From contig CAISZI010000040.1 in NCBI GenBank assembly GCA_903889905.1, forward strand, positions 148 through 64,147: 64,000 nucleotides of DNA, in the 5' to 3' direction. Origin of the DNA: Candidatus Wirthbacteria bacterium (GTDB taxonomy: Bacteria; Patescibacteriota; CG2-30-54-11). Positions within the stretch are counted from its first letter, which is position 1. Each line of letters opens with the position of its first letter. The translations under genes were made by a program, and so were the position numbers. The notes under the pieces are model-generated. The model was not told where the DNA came from and did not search any database. It worked only from the letters and a program-made list of their open reading frames with translations. Below are positions 28,409-38,554 of the stretch, one piece after another.

Positions 28409-29260
28409 ATGCCAAATCAACCCAATGTCGCGTGGTTATTTGACACGAATGCACTCAAAATGGCGCCCGCTGATTCACCTTTTTGGCTGATTTCCGGGCA
28501 GATATCGCCTTATTACATCAATACCCAGTTTTTGTGTGGCGGTGAAAAAAAAGCAGCTGAAATCCTGGCTTTCATTGATAGTGCTGCCGACGACCGGTTG
28601 GCTTTCCCGGCCAGGATGCTGGCTCAACTCAATGATGTTTATCACCACCATGCCATCTACCGCACCATTGTGGATGCCTTGGTGGAAACGATCCAGCTGG
28701 ATGCCGCGCTTGCCAAAGTGGACTTCATTTCCGGCGGTCAGCGTCGTGACTGGTTCTTTGCGCCGATTGTCGCCTCCAAGCTGGGCAAAACGTGTTTGTA
28801 TATTTACAATGACCTCAGCATTATCGACGACGAAGGCAAAAATGTGGAGGATATCATGCGCGCCGGAGTTATCAACGTGGCGGATTTGCTCACGGTTGGG
28901 GCCAGCTATGTCAAAAAATGGATTCCAGCACTGGGTAGTATTGGTGGCAGATTGCAACATTCCGTGAGTGTCGTAGACCGGCTCCAGGGAGGTGAGGAAA
29001 ATCTCAAACAGGCTGGCCTCAAAAGTGTGCACGCGCTATTCAATATTGACCACACACTATTTGATGAAGCCCTGAAACGTAATTATATCAGCCCGGAACA
29101 GTTTGGACTGGTCAAAAAGTATGTCGCTGACCCGTATCACTCCATGCGTGATTTTTTGCTCGGGAATCCTCAGTTTATGGAAGCATCACGCGCCTCTACC
29201 AATACCAAAACCAAAGAACGGGTGGAACTGATGGACAGGGAAGACTTGTACAATTTATAG
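28409..29260 (+). CDS. pyrE: Orotate phosphoribosyltransferase (long variant)
   Basis: FWLISGQISPYYIN, VADLLTVGAS and VVDRLQGG; pyr operon context. Confidence 0.8.
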   Translation: MPNQPNVAWLFDTNALKMAPADSPFWLISGQISPYYINTQFLCGGEKKAAEILAFIDSAADDRLAFPARMLAQLNDVYHHHAIYRTIVDALVETIQLDAALAKVDFISGGQRRDWFFAPIVASKLGKTCLYIYNDLSIIDDEGKNVEDIMRAGVINVADLLTVGASYVKKWIPALGSIGGRLQHSVSVVDRLQGGEENLKQAGLKSVHALFNIDHTLFDEALKRNYISPEQFGLVKKYVADPYHSMRDFLLGNPQFMEASRASTNTKTKERVELMDREDLYNL

Positions 29261-29271
29261 TTGAGGTCAAA

Positions 29272-29835
29272 TTGTCCACGCAGCGACGTTATCAAATCGC
29301 GGTTTGTGGTTCTGCGGTGGTAGAAAGCGAAACTGTCGCCCAGGCCGCGGATGCAATTGGTCATGAAATTGCCAAACGGGGTTTTATTCTGCTCACAGGT
29401 GGTACCAATGGTTACCCACAGCGGGCAGCCCAAAGTGCACAGGCAGCAGGCGGCCTCAGCATTGGCATTTCACCGGCTGCAAATCGCTCGCAACACGTTA
29501 AGGATTACAAAATTCCTTTGCACGAATACGATGTCCTGGTCCTCACGGGCATGGGGTTTTCTGGTCGCAATGTGACACTGGTGCGCAGCGCCGATGCCGT
29601 CATCTTTGTGGGTGGACGCATGGGCACGGTCAATGAATTCACGACCGCCCATTCCGAAATGAAGGTGATCGGCATTTTGTCCGGCAGTTCCGCCAACATG
29701 GATTTGTTGCCGCAACTGGCGGCTAATGCACATCGCCCGGGCGGAGTGATCCTTTGCGATGCCGATCCCGTGGCGCTTGTAGCCAAAGTCATTGCTCAAC
29801 TCGATGCAACAGAATCTGGAGAATTGTATGGTTAA
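29272..29835 (+). CDS. LOG/SLOG family nucleotide-binding protein (TIGR00725-like)
   Basis: TGGTNG, GISP, GMGFSGRN and GGRMGTVNE. Confidence 0.8.
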   Translation: MSTQRRYQIAVCGSAVVESETVAQAADAIGHEIAKRGFILLTGGTNGYPQRAAQSAQAAGGLSIGISPAANRSQHVKDYKIPLHEYDVLVLTGMGFSGRNVTLVRSADAVIFVGGRMGTVNEFTTAHSEMKVIGILSGSSANMDLLPQLAANAHRPGGVILCDADPVALVAKVIAQLDATESGELYG

Positions 29836-30781
29836 TCTGGAAACCACGTTTTGCGGCCTCAAACTGCGCAATCCCACGATTCTGGCTTCGGGCGTGCTTG
29901 GGGTCAATCCCGCCACGATGGCGCGTGTCTATGCCAAAGGTGCCGGCATGATTACGCTCAAATCCATCAGCCACGAAACCCGCAAAGGGTTTCCCAATCC
30001 AACGATGCTCGGCACCAAACACTATTTCATGAACGCAGTGGGCCTCAGCGGTGTGGGTGTCGACAATTCCGAAAAAGTGGTCAAGCAACTCAAAGCCGCT
30101 GGCATCCCGATTATTGCCAGCATTTTTTCCTGTTCCTTTGCCAAAGCGGCCGAAGTCGGCGCAAAATTTGAAGCCTTTGGCGCGGACATGCTGGAAATCA
30201 ATGTTTCCTGCCCGAATATTGTCCCGGGCGAGGGTATTGGCACCGCGATTGGGGTGGAAGCTGAGCTGACGGCTCAAATTACAGCCGACGTGCGTAAGCA
30301 GACAACCATCCCTTTGCTGGTCAAACTGACACCCAACGTCACCGACATTGTCAGCATTGCCAAGGCTGCGGTTGCCGCTGGAGCTGATGGACTGGTTGCG
30401 GGCAACACGTTTGGCCCTGGACTTAAAATCGACATCGAAACGGGGCAGCCGGTCCTCTTTAACAAATTCGGCGGGGTTAGTGGCCCCGGTATTTTTCCGC
30501 TGGCTTTGGCGATTGTTTATAAACTTTATGAAGCGGTCAAAGTTCCGATCATTGGCATGGGTGGTATTACCACATACCAAGATGCGCTTGAAATGGTGAT
30601 GGCCGGCGCCACTGGCATTGGCATCGGGACGGCAGTTTATTACGAAGGCATGGATGTTTTTCAAAAAGTCGTCGCTGGGATGACTGAATGGATGGAAGCC
30701 CATGGGTACCATTCCTTGGATGAGATTCGTGGAATGGCGCATGGCGCAAAGCAGGAAGAACCGGTTGTGGGTAAGTGTTAA
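29828..30781 (+). CDS. pyrD: Dihydroorotate dehydrogenase (NAD+), family 1B catalytic subunit
   Basis: LRNPTILASG, NAVGL, EINVSCPN, VKLTPN and GGVSGP. Confidence 0.95.
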   Translation: MVNLETTFCGLKLRNPTILASGVLGVNPATMARVYAKGAGMITLKSISHETRKGFPNPTMLGTKHYFMNAVGLSGVGVDNSEKVVKQLKAAGIPIIASIFSCSFAKAAEVGAKFEAFGADMLEINVSCPNIVPGEGIGTAIGVEAELTAQITADVRKQTTIPLLVKLTPNVTDIVSIAKAAVAAGADGLVAGNTFGPGLKIDIETGQPVLFNKFGGVSGPGIFPLALAIVYKLYEAVKVPIIGMGGITTYQDALEMVMAGATGIGIGTAVYYEGMDVFQKVVAGMTEWMEAHGYHSLDEIRGMAHGAKQEEPVVGKC

Positions 30782-30800
30782 TCCAAAGTTGGTTAAGATT

Positions 30801-30904
30801 GTCATCGAGAGGAGTCCTTCGTAAGGCTCAGGATAATCATCCTCGACGTGGCAACGCTTCATAAGTAACTAGATTGCCGCGGTCGAAGACTCCCTCGCAA
30901 TGAC
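30801..30904. repeat. Family A palindromic element (left end degenerate)
   Basis: AACTAGATTGCCGCGGTCGAAGACTCCCTCGCAATGACAGC is nearly identical to 2269-2310. Confidence 0.85.
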
Positions 30905-30930
30905 AGCTAACCTCGAAAAAGGAAAAAATC

Positions 30931-31743
30931 ATGACCTGCTGCAAAGATCTCAAACCTGCCCTGCCCAAAGCTGTGCGTATTCTCAAACACGAGCAACTCA
31001 ATGCGCGTATTAATCGACTTACGCTGGATGCCAGGATTGACTGCCAGCCAGGTCAGTTTGTCATGCTCTGGATTCCACGCGTGGACGAAAAGCCGTTTTC
31101 GGTGGACGGCGCCAATCCACTTACGATCACTTACGCCAAGTTCGGCGCTTTTACCCAAGCTCTGTCCAAATTACAAGTTGGGGATAAAGTTGGCTGGCGC
31201 GGACCATTGGGCAAAGGTTTTAACCTTGTCGGCCAAAGACAACTTGTTGTCGCCGGTGGCGTAGGGTTGGCATCGGTCATGGATCTGGTACGTGTCATGT
31301 GTTCCCAGAAGCTCGTGGTGGACGTTGTCGTCGGTGCCAAAAACCAGGCTGAGATTTATGGCCTGGACGAGCTCCGATCCCTCGGCGTGGGAGTTTATCC
31401 TTGTACTGACGATGGCAGTGTTGGGTTCAAGGGTTTCACAACCGACCAGACGACTTTGCTGCTTACCCACAACAAGTACGACCAGGCCTATGCCTGCGGA
31501 CCTGAAGTCATGCTGGTTAAATTGCACAAACTGCTTAGCGAAGCCAAATTGCCGCATCAACTTAGTCTGGAACGTTATATGAAGTGTGGCCTTGGGATTT
31601 GTGACTTGTGCTCGATCGATGGCTTTCTGACCTGTCAGGATGGTCCGGTTTTTAATGAAAAGCAGATTGATCAAATGGAAGAATTTGGGAAGGTTTACCG
31701 GATAGTGACAGGGGAAGAGGTGGCGGTAAGTGGAAAACATTAG
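30931..31743 (+). CDS. pyrK: Dihydroorotate dehydrogenase electron transfer subunit
   Basis: PGQFVM, RGPLGKGF, AGGVG, CGPE and MKCGLGICDLC...CQDGPVF. Confidence 0.93.
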   Translation: MTCCKDLKPALPKAVRILKHEQLNARINRLTLDARIDCQPGQFVMLWIPRVDEKPFSVDGANPLTITYAKFGAFTQALSKLQVGDKVGWRGPLGKGFNLVGQRQLVVAGGVGLASVMDLVRVMCSQKLVVDVVVGAKNQAEIYGLDELRSLGVGVYPCTDDGSVGFKGFTTDQTTLLLTHNKYDQAYACGPEVMLVKLHKLLSEAKLPHQLSLERYMKCGLGICDLCSIDGFLTCQDGPVFNEKQIDQMEEFGKVYRIVTGEEVAVSGKH

Positions 31744-31756
31744 TCGGCTCTTTAAT

Positions 31757-31861
31757 GTCATTGCGAGTCCAGTCGGTGGGACGCGGCAATCTTTTGAAAA
31801 GAAGAAAAATTGCCCAGCTGTGCTGGACAAAGGCCGCAGTCGCTGACTTCTTCGCAATGAC
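31757..31861. repeat. Family A palindromic element
   Basis: GTCATTGCGAG...TTCGCAATGAC termini. Confidence 0.85.
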
Positions 31862-31890
31862 AGTTTACAGTTTTATCTTCAGGAGATATT

Positions 31891-32799
31891 ATGAAATTCT
31901 TCGCCGGCAGCAGTTCACCCAAACTCGCGAGCAGCATTGCCCACGAACTGCGGACCATGCAGGGAGGCGCTGAGCTGATCCAGTTCACCGATGGCGAGAT
32001 CAGCGTCAAAATCATTGACCATGTGCGGCGGCGTGATGTCTATGTGCTGCAGACTTTCAACGAACCAGTGAATGACAAAATCATGGAACTGCTGATTATG
32101 ATCGACGCTTTCCGGCGTTCCAGCCCGCGTTCGATCACAGCGATCATTCCTTATCTAGCATACTCGCGCAAGGAAAAAAAGGACACCCGGCACGATCCGA
32201 TCTCCGGCAAACTGATTGCCAATTTGCTCCAGCAGGCCGGCATTACCGGGCTGATTACCACGGATTTGCATGCTGACGCCATCGAAGGCTTTTTTGATGT
32301 TCCCGTGATCAACCTCTCGGCGAGTACACTTTTCTCGGACCACCTCCGACCCAAGCTGGATATCAGCAATACCGTTGTCGTGGCGCCCGACATGGGCGGG
32401 GCCAAACGTGCCCGCAAATTTGCCCGTGAACTCGAAGTCCCGGTGGTCATCCTCGAAAAAGTCAGGCCGCACAATTCGCCCGACAGCGAAATTGTCACCA
32501 TGATCGGCGACGTGGAAGGCAAACATGCCATTATTATCGACGACATTGTTTCCACGGGTGGCACACTCGTCAATGCTGCCAAACTGATCAAAGAGCGCGG
32601 CGCCAAACAGGTCGATGTCTGCATCACCCACGCCTTGCTCTGCGGCAGCGCTGTGGACAAAATCCAAAACAGCGTCATTCAAACCATGTACATCACCGAT
32701 TCCGTACCCGTGCCTTCGGCCAAAATGTTGGACAAGTTCGAAATTCTCAGCATCGACAAAATGATCGCCTGCGAAATCAACGAGCTGCAGGCGGAATAA
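31891..32799 (+). CDS. prs: Ribose-phosphate pyrophosphokinase
   Basis: FTDGEI, PYLAYSR, DLHA, APDMGG and DDIVSTGGT. Confidence 0.96.
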   Translation: MKFFAGSSSPKLASSIAHELRTMQGGAELIQFTDGEISVKIIDHVRRRDVYVLQTFNEPVNDKIMELLIMIDAFRRSSPRSITAIIPYLAYSRKEKKDTRHDPISGKLIANLLQQAGITGLITTDLHADAIEGFFDVPVINLSASTLFSDHLRPKLDISNTVVVAPDMGGAKRARKFARELEVPVVILEKVRPHNSPDSEIVTMIGDVEGKHAIIIDDIVSTGGTLVNAAKLIKERGAKQVDVCITHALLCGSAVDKIQNSVIQTMYITDSVPVPSAKMLDKFEILSIDKMIACEINELQAE

Positions 32800-32816
32800 T
32801 TTTTTGGGGGTATATT

Positions 32817-33230
32817 ATGGTTTCAGGAGTTCATGGTAACGGGCGCGCCAGACGGCAGCGTGAGGAGGAACGGATTATGTACAATGCCGATGATTTGAAC
32901 GGCTACGAATTCAAGATTCTGCGCGGGTATTTTCCGTCGTTCAACAAACCGGAAGCTTTGCGAAAAGCGTTGACGGAAGAAGCCCAGAATGGCTGGGAAC
33001 TGCTGGAAAAATTTGATAATAACCGCATCCGCCTCAAACGCCACAAACCCAACACCATTGATGCAATGATTGGAACCGGTCTGGATCCATACCGTTCCCG
33101 CCGCACTGACTGGAGGGATCCGGAGGCGCGCAAAACACGACTCTGGATCATCCTGGCCATTGTTGGACCGATAGTTTTTGCTTTACTGCTGACGGTGACC
33201 ATTTTGCTGGTCGTGTTTGCCGCGGTTTGA
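32817..33230 (+). CDS. Small membrane protein (DUF4177-like N-terminus, C-terminal TM helix)
   Basis: YEFKIL...EEAQNGWELL motif and hydrophobic tail. Confidence 0.6.
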   Translation: MVSGVHGNGRARRQREEERIMYNADDLNGYEFKILRGYFPSFNKPEALRKALTEEAQNGWELLEKFDNNRIRLKRHKPNTIDAMIGTGLDPYRSRRTDWRDPEARKTRLWIILAIVGPIVFALLLTVTILLVVFAAV

Positions 33231-33321
33231 AGACGGTTCGCCGTCAGATTGCCATTTGCGCCGGCATGCGATAGAGTGTGGGAGTGTTTATGAGGACAAA
33301 AACTAAATCCAAAGGAAACCA

Positions 33322-34344
33322 ATGCCTGAACTTCGTCTCAACCCGTTAACTGGTGAGTGGGTCGTGATTGCAACCGAACGCGCCGCGCGGCCAGAAAGTT
33401 TTAGCCAGAAGGACGTTGTCAAGGCGCCACCCATGAATGCCTGCCCGTTTTGCATGGGGCGCGAAGACCAGACACCGCCTGAAGTTTATGCGGTTGGGCC
33501 CGAAGGTCGCCTGCCGAATACACCGGACTGGAAAGTTCGCGTTGTCCCCAATAAGTTTTCCGCCTTTGCCCGGGATATAATTCCAGCGGATGAAGGCTTT
33601 TTGCAGGTGAACCCCAATGGTGTGGTTGCTGCAGGCTATGCCTATGGTGCTCATGAAGTGATCGTCTCGAGCCCGGCGCATGAGCTGAGCATCGGGCAGC
33701 TGGAACTTGAGCAGGTGGAGCGTATTGTGCAAACCTATCAGCGTCGTTACCGCGTCCTGGCCAAGGACAAACTGGTCAAATACGTGCAAATCATCTGCAA
33801 CCATGGCAAGGTTGCCGGCGCCTCGCTCGAACATCCCCATTCGCAGATTTTTGGCATGCCCGTACTGCCTCAGAATATTTTGACCGAAATCGAACGCACA
33901 CGTGAATATTACAAACTCAACAAGCGGCATATGCTGCTCGACGCTGTCCAGAATGCCCGCGAGAAAAACCTGGTGATATACGAAAATGATGCCTTTGTCA
34001 TGTTTGAGCCTTTTTGGGCCAAAGTGCCTTTTGAAACCTGGATCGTGCCCAAGCATTGGGAGTCACGCTTTGACCAGCTGACTGAAGTTGAACTCAATGC
34101 ACTCGCCCAATCGATCAGTATCATGTTGCAAAAGCTTTACCTCAAGCTCAATAATCCGCCTTATAATTATTACATCCACACGCTGCCCGTGACCGAAGAA
34201 GCTGGCAAAGATAAAGTTGGTTTCCTCTGGCACCTCGAATGTATTCCGCGCATTTCGATTCAGGCTGGGCTGGAATACGGTACCGGGGTTTTTATCAACA
34301 CCATGATGCCGGAAAAAGCAGCGGAGTTTTTGCGGGAATCCTAA
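33322..34344 (+). CDS. galT: Galactose-1-phosphate uridylyltransferase family protein
   Basis: ELRLNPLTGEWV, CPFC, NKF and GASLEHPHSQ. Confidence 0.92.
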   Translation: MPELRLNPLTGEWVVIATERAARPESFSQKDVVKAPPMNACPFCMGREDQTPPEVYAVGPEGRLPNTPDWKVRVVPNKFSAFARDIIPADEGFLQVNPNGVVAAGYAYGAHEVIVSSPAHELSIGQLELEQVERIVQTYQRRYRVLAKDKLVKYVQIICNHGKVAGASLEHPHSQIFGMPVLPQNILTEIERTREYYKLNKRHMLLDAVQNAREKNLVIYENDAFVMFEPFWAKVPFETWIVPKHWESRFDQLTEVELNALAQSISIMLQKLYLKLNNPPYNYYIHTLPVTEEAGKDKVGFLWHLECIPRISIQAGLEYGTGVFINTMMPEKAAEFLRES

Positions 34345-34345
34345 G

Positions 34346-35167
34346 ATGAATCTGTCGCAGGTTTACGATACGTGGCAAAGCAGTTGGCACTGGCTTGAAG
34401 GTCAAGGCCTGGGGGCTTTTCGTTGGATTTTACTGGGTGTGATCCTGACGTTCATCTGGCTCAGGATTTTAGTCCCACTCATTTATTGGCGCGCCAAAAC
34501 AGGGCAACAGTTTTTTTCAGACGAGTCCCGTAAACGTATCCAAACCGTGGGGGCCATTTTGCGCGGGACCGGGTCCGTGTTGATCTGGCTGGGAATGGTT
34601 ACATTGTTGCTGCGCGACCTGGGCGTGAGTTTAGGCACCATTTTGGCTAGCGCCGGCATCTTTGGCCTTTCGGTCAGTCTGGGCGCGCAGGGGTTGTTCA
34701 AAGATATGTTTGCCGGTATCTTTATCCTGCTCGAAAATCACTACAATATCGGCGATGTGGTGGATATCGCGGGCGTTTCGGGTAAAGTGGAAGAAATTAA
34801 TCTGCGCACCACCATTCTGCGGGATCTCAAAGGTGCGATGCACATCATTCCCAATGGCAATATCACCATTGTCACCAACCGCACCAAAGAGTGGGCGCAA
34901 GTCGTGCTTGATACGCCGATTTCACAGAAGGCCGATATTGATCATGCCATCAAGGTGATTACCGAAGTCAGTCTCGAGCTGATGAAGAACAAAGGTTTTC
35001 AGGAAGCCGTTTTGTCGCCACCGCGTGTCCTGGGAGTAAATGAAGTGACGGCCACACAGGTAACGATCCGCGCCCTGGTCAAAACCGCGCCCAACAAGCA
35101 ATGGGCGGTTGAGCGGCTACTGCAGAAAAAGGTAAAACAGGCGTTGGATAAAGCGGGTATTGTTTAA
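34346..35167 (+). CDS. Small-conductance mechanosensitive channel (MscS family)
   Basis: TM helices, LGAQ...D..AG, GDVV, GKVEEINLRTT and IPNG. Confidence 0.9.
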   Translation: MNLSQVYDTWQSSWHWLEGQGLGAFRWILLGVILTFIWLRILVPLIYWRAKTGQQFFSDESRKRIQTVGAILRGTGSVLIWLGMVTLLLRDLGVSLGTILASAGIFGLSVSLGAQGLFKDMFAGIFILLENHYNIGDVVDIAGVSGKVEEINLRTTILRDLKGAMHIIPNGNITIVTNRTKEWAQVVLDTPISQKADIDHAIKVITEVSLELMKNKGFQEAVLSPPRVLGVNEVTATQVTIRALVKTAPNKQWAVERLLQKKVKQALDKAGIV

Positions 35168-35195
35168 ACATTTCTTTAAAAACATGACGGGATGA

Positions 35196-35939
35196 ATGGA
35201 CAAGAAAAATTACACGGTCGAAGCGATAGTGCTCAAACGCATTAATTTTGGCGAAAAAGACCGACTCGTGACACTGCTTAGTCCCAACTATGGCAAAGTA
35301 CGTGCGATTGCCAAAGGCTGCCGTCGGCCAGGGAGCAAACTTAGCGGCCATATGGAGTTGTTTGGCCACGTGAAAGTTTATCTTGCACGCGGCCGCAATC
35401 TGGATATCGTCAGCCAAGCCGAAACCATGATGAGCAGCCGTCCGGTGCTGGGTAATCTGGATATGCTGGGTTGGCTTTTTTATGTGGCTGAACTGATCGA
35501 CATCTTTAGCAACGAAGGCGAAGAAAATTACCCGCTTTTTAAACTTGTCAGCGATATTCTGGTTGATCTTCCAGTGCTTGCGCGAACGGCGCCGGCGGTA
35601 TGTGCTTTTGAGTTTAAGCTGATCCACCTCCTCGGTTACAAACCTGATTTGGATGCCATCAAGCTGGAGCCGTTGGGGCCACTGTGGTGGAGTCCTGCCC
35701 GTCATTCGTTTGTGCCAGCAGCCCAGGCGCAGCATATGATGGAGGCTTTGCCGCTTTCGGCGGCGGCTGTGCATGTGTTGCGGGAGATGGAGTTAGGGGA
35801 AACCACGGATACGCTACTCTGGCAGGATGCGGCAATCGAAGAAGTGCGCTGCATTTTGCGAACGATTATCGAATCTGCCTGTGACAAACGGTTAAAATCT
35901 CCGCAATTTAGAGAACAGATCAATATGTTGGCTTCATGA
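35196..35939 (+). CDS. recO: DNA repair protein RecO
   Basis: AIVLKRINFGEKDRLVTLLS...GKVRAIAKG and C-terminal LKS. Confidence 0.9.
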   Translation: MDKKNYTVEAIVLKRINFGEKDRLVTLLSPNYGKVRAIAKGCRRPGSKLSGHMELFGHVKVYLARGRNLDIVSQAETMMSSRPVLGNLDMLGWLFYVAELIDIFSNEGEENYPLFKLVSDILVDLPVLARTAPAVCAFEFKLIHLLGYKPDLDAIKLEPLGPLWWSPARHSFVPAAQAQHMMEALPLSAAAVHVLREMELGETTDTLLWQDAAIEEVRCILRTIIESACDKRLKSPQFREQINMLAS

Positions 35940-36550
35940 TGATACGCAAGATTTTTAACTATTATATGCGGATCCTCAGTGCGAGCCGCCAGTGGATACT
36001 GTTGGCTGGTATAGGCTTTGGTCTGGGTAGCCTGGTGGGTTTTTTGAGTGTGCTGTTTCACATCGGACCGATCCTCAAAGTGCTAAGCTTTGGCGTGAGT
36101 AGCCTGGACCAGCTCGCGCAGGACAGCCTCCAGGCCGATGGGTGGGGCAGGATCATGTTGATCTGGCAGAATAACCTGACTGCGGCAGTGGGTTTGATGT
36201 TCTTTGGACTGATCGTTGGTTTTATCCCGCTGTTGGAAATGGTCCTCAATGGCCTGATGCTGGGGGCGGTGGTGTATGTCGGGCTTTTTGTGCAGCATCA
36301 GCCGTGGCTGCTGGCGCTGGGAATAGTGCCGCACGGCGTCATTGAACTGCCTGCCATCATTGTGGCCGCTGCTTTTGGTTTTAAATTAGGCACTGCCTGG
36401 CTGTCCAAAGACGCACAAGGCAAACGGCTCCGCGTGCTGAATGATACGGCGCTGGAGTGTGTCATGATTGCACTGCTGTGCGCTATGCTGCTATTTGTGG
36501 CGGCCGTGATCGAGGGGGGATTAGTCTTCAACCTGGCACTTGGGAGTTAA
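35936..36550 (+). CDS. SpoIIM/DUF95 family membrane protein
   Basis: NN, LNG, PHGVIELPA and AAVIE motifs. Confidence 0.85.
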   Translation: MMIRKIFNYYMRILSASRQWILLAGIGFGLGSLVGFLSVLFHIGPILKVLSFGVSSLDQLAQDSLQADGWGRIMLIWQNNLTAAVGLMFFGLIVGFIPLLEMVLNGLMLGAVVYVGLFVQHQPWLLALGIVPHGVIELPAIIVAAAFGFKLGTAWLSKDAQGKRLRVLNDTALECVMIALLCAMLLFVAAVIEGGLVFNLALGS

Positions 36551-37485
36551 TCGACTGCCGCGGGTTGTAATGTTTGTAAATACTGCTTCAGTTCCGGCGT
36601 GAGTGGCGCTTCAAACTGGGTTGATTCTTTGTGCCCAGGCAAACGAATGGCCAGTTGGAAAGCATGAAGAAATTGCCTGTCGAGTGTCGGGTCAGCCTTG
36701 CCGTAAGTCACATCACCCACCACGGGGTAGCCAATGGAGGCAAAGTGGACCCGGATTTGGTGCGTTCGCCCGGTATGCAAGGTAATGCGCAATAACGAAG
36801 AATTAACACCGTGACTGGTCGCTGATTGATAATAGCTGAGGACTTCGTAGCTGGTGCGCGCTTCGCGGCCGGCTGTGGTGATGGCCATTTTTTTGCGGTC
36901 GCGGCTGTCGCGGCCAATGGGGGAGTCAATTATGGCTGATGGCGGTTTGACAAAGCCATGCACCAGCGCAAGGTAGGTTTTGGACGTTGTGCGCCCGGCA
37001 AACTGTTTTTGCAGTTCAGCTTTGGCCTGGGCACTTTTGGCGATAATCATCACGCCGGACGTATCCTTGTCCAGGCGGTGGATGATGCCGGGGCGAAGGT
37101 CTGTGATGGGCTCAGGAGTTTGTTGCAGATGATGGAGGATGGCGTTGGCGAGCGTGCCATCCCAGTTGCCAAAAGCCGGATGGACCACCAGGTGCGCAGG
37201 TTTGTTGACCACGATGGCATCGTCATTTTCAAACAGGATATCGAGCGGGATATCCTGCGGGATGAGTGTGACTTCTTCACGTGTGGGCAGCACAATAGCG
37301 AGCGTTGCCCCGCCGATACAGCGCGCGCCGGCCTTGGTGACGATCTGGCCGTTTTGGGTGACCAGCCTGGCCTGAATGAGTTCCTGCGCCTTGGTACGGC
37401 TTAAATGGTCAACTTTGGTCGTGAGAAAAACATCCATGCGGATGGGCTGCTGGCCTTGATCGATGACGAGGTGAAGCGTTTTCAT
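36547..37485 (-). CDS. rluD: RluA/RluD family pseudouridine synthase
   Basis: S4-like N-terminus, NKP, HRLDKDTSG, TGRTHQIRVH and LHA. Confidence 0.9.
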   Translation of the reverse strand: MKTLHLVIDQGQQPIRMDVFLTTKVDHLSRTKAQELIQARLVTQNGQIVTKAGARCIGGATLAIVLPTREEVTLIPQDIPLDILFENDDAIVVNKPAHLVVHPAFGNWDGTLANAILHHLQQTPEPITDLRPGIIHRLDKDTSGVMIIAKSAQAKAELQKQFAGRTTSKTYLALVHGFVKPPSAIIDSPIGRDSRDRKKMAITTAGREARTSYEVLSYYQSATSHGVNSSLLRITLHTGRTHQIRVHFASIGYPVVGDVTYGKADPTLDRQFLHAFQLAIRLPGHKESTQFEAPLTPELKQYLQTLQPAAVD

Positions 37486-37570
37486 GTGTTTGGTGATTAG
37501 AATTTAGGATTTACTTCTGATTGTACTATACTATGGCGGCTGTCATTTCTGAAATTGCTGAGGTATCGCT

Positions 37571-38554
37571 ATGAAAATTCTGGTGACCGGTGGCGCTGGT
37601 TTTATGGGAAGTTGTTTTATCCGGCGAATGTTGCATGAGCATTCAGACATTGCGGTGACAAACCTGGATTTGTTGACCTATGCCGGGAATCTGGAAAACC
37701 TAAAATCTGTGGAGCAAAGTCCACGTTACCGCTTTGTTCAGGGCGACATTGGCGACAGTGCGCTAATTAACAATCTCACACAGGGCATGGATGCCATTGT
37801 CAATTATGCTGCCGAAACGCATGTCGACCGCTCCATCCACGATCCGGCAGCTTTTGCCAGGACAGATGTCATGGGCATGCTGACGCTGCTGCAAGCCGTA
37901 CGCCAGAACAAGGTTCCCAAATTTGTGCAAATCAGTACCGATGAAGTTTACGGTTCGCTGGATGAGGGTGAATTTACCGAAGACAGTCCTTTTTTGCCCA
38001 ACAGTCCCTATGCCGCCAGCAAAGCCGGTGGTGACCTGATGTGCCGCGCCTATTATGAAACTTACCAGACCCCGGTAATCGTTACACACTCTTGCAATAA
38101 CTACGGGCCTTACCATTTCCCCGAAAAAATGATCCCACTCTTCATCACCCATCTGCTCGAAGGCAAGCAGATCCCTGTTTACGGTAGTGGCGCCAATGTA
38201 CGGGAATGGCTTTATGTGGAAGACCATGCGCGTGCCATTGATCTGATTCTGCACCAGGGCAAGGTCGGCGAAGTTTACAATATTGGCAGCGGATGTCGCA
38301 TGACGAATCTGCAGCTGACGCAACAATTACTGGAATTGCTTGAGCTAGGTGAGGATCGTATTGACTACGTCAAAGACCGGCTGGGGCATGACAGGCGCTA
38401 TGCGGTTAATTTTGATAAACTCAAACGTGAACTTGGATTTACGCCGGAGTGGTCACTGGCAGACGGTTTGCGCGCGACTGTCTCCTGGTATCGGGCCAAC
38501 CCGTTTTGGTGGCAAAAGTTGAAGCAAGCCAGTGACCCGTTTGTCAATAAATAA
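37571..38554 (+). CDS. rfbB: dTDP-glucose 4,6-dehydratase
   Basis: TGGAGFMG, AAETHVDRS, STDEVYG, YAASK and GHDRRY. Confidence 0.95.
   Translation: MKILVTGGAGFMGSCFIRRMLHEHSDIAVTNLDLLTYAGNLENLKSVEQSPRYRFVQGDIGDSALINNLTQGMDAIVNYAAETHVDRSIHDPAAFARTDVMGMLTLLQAVRQNKVPKFVQISTDEVYGSLDEGEFTEDSPFLPNSPYAASKAGGDLMCRAYYETYQTPVIVTHSCNNYGPYHFPEKMIPLFITHLLEGKQIPVYGSGANVREWLYVEDHARAIDLILHQGKVGEVYNIGSGCRMTNLQLTQQLLELLELGEDRIDYVKDRLGHDRRYAVNFDKLKRELGFTPEWSLADGLRATVSWYRANPFWWQKLKQASDPFVNK

Noticed and set aside
2206-31861. CRISPR array
   Set aside because: The repeats are dispersed palindromes without regular spacers, and there are no cas genes.
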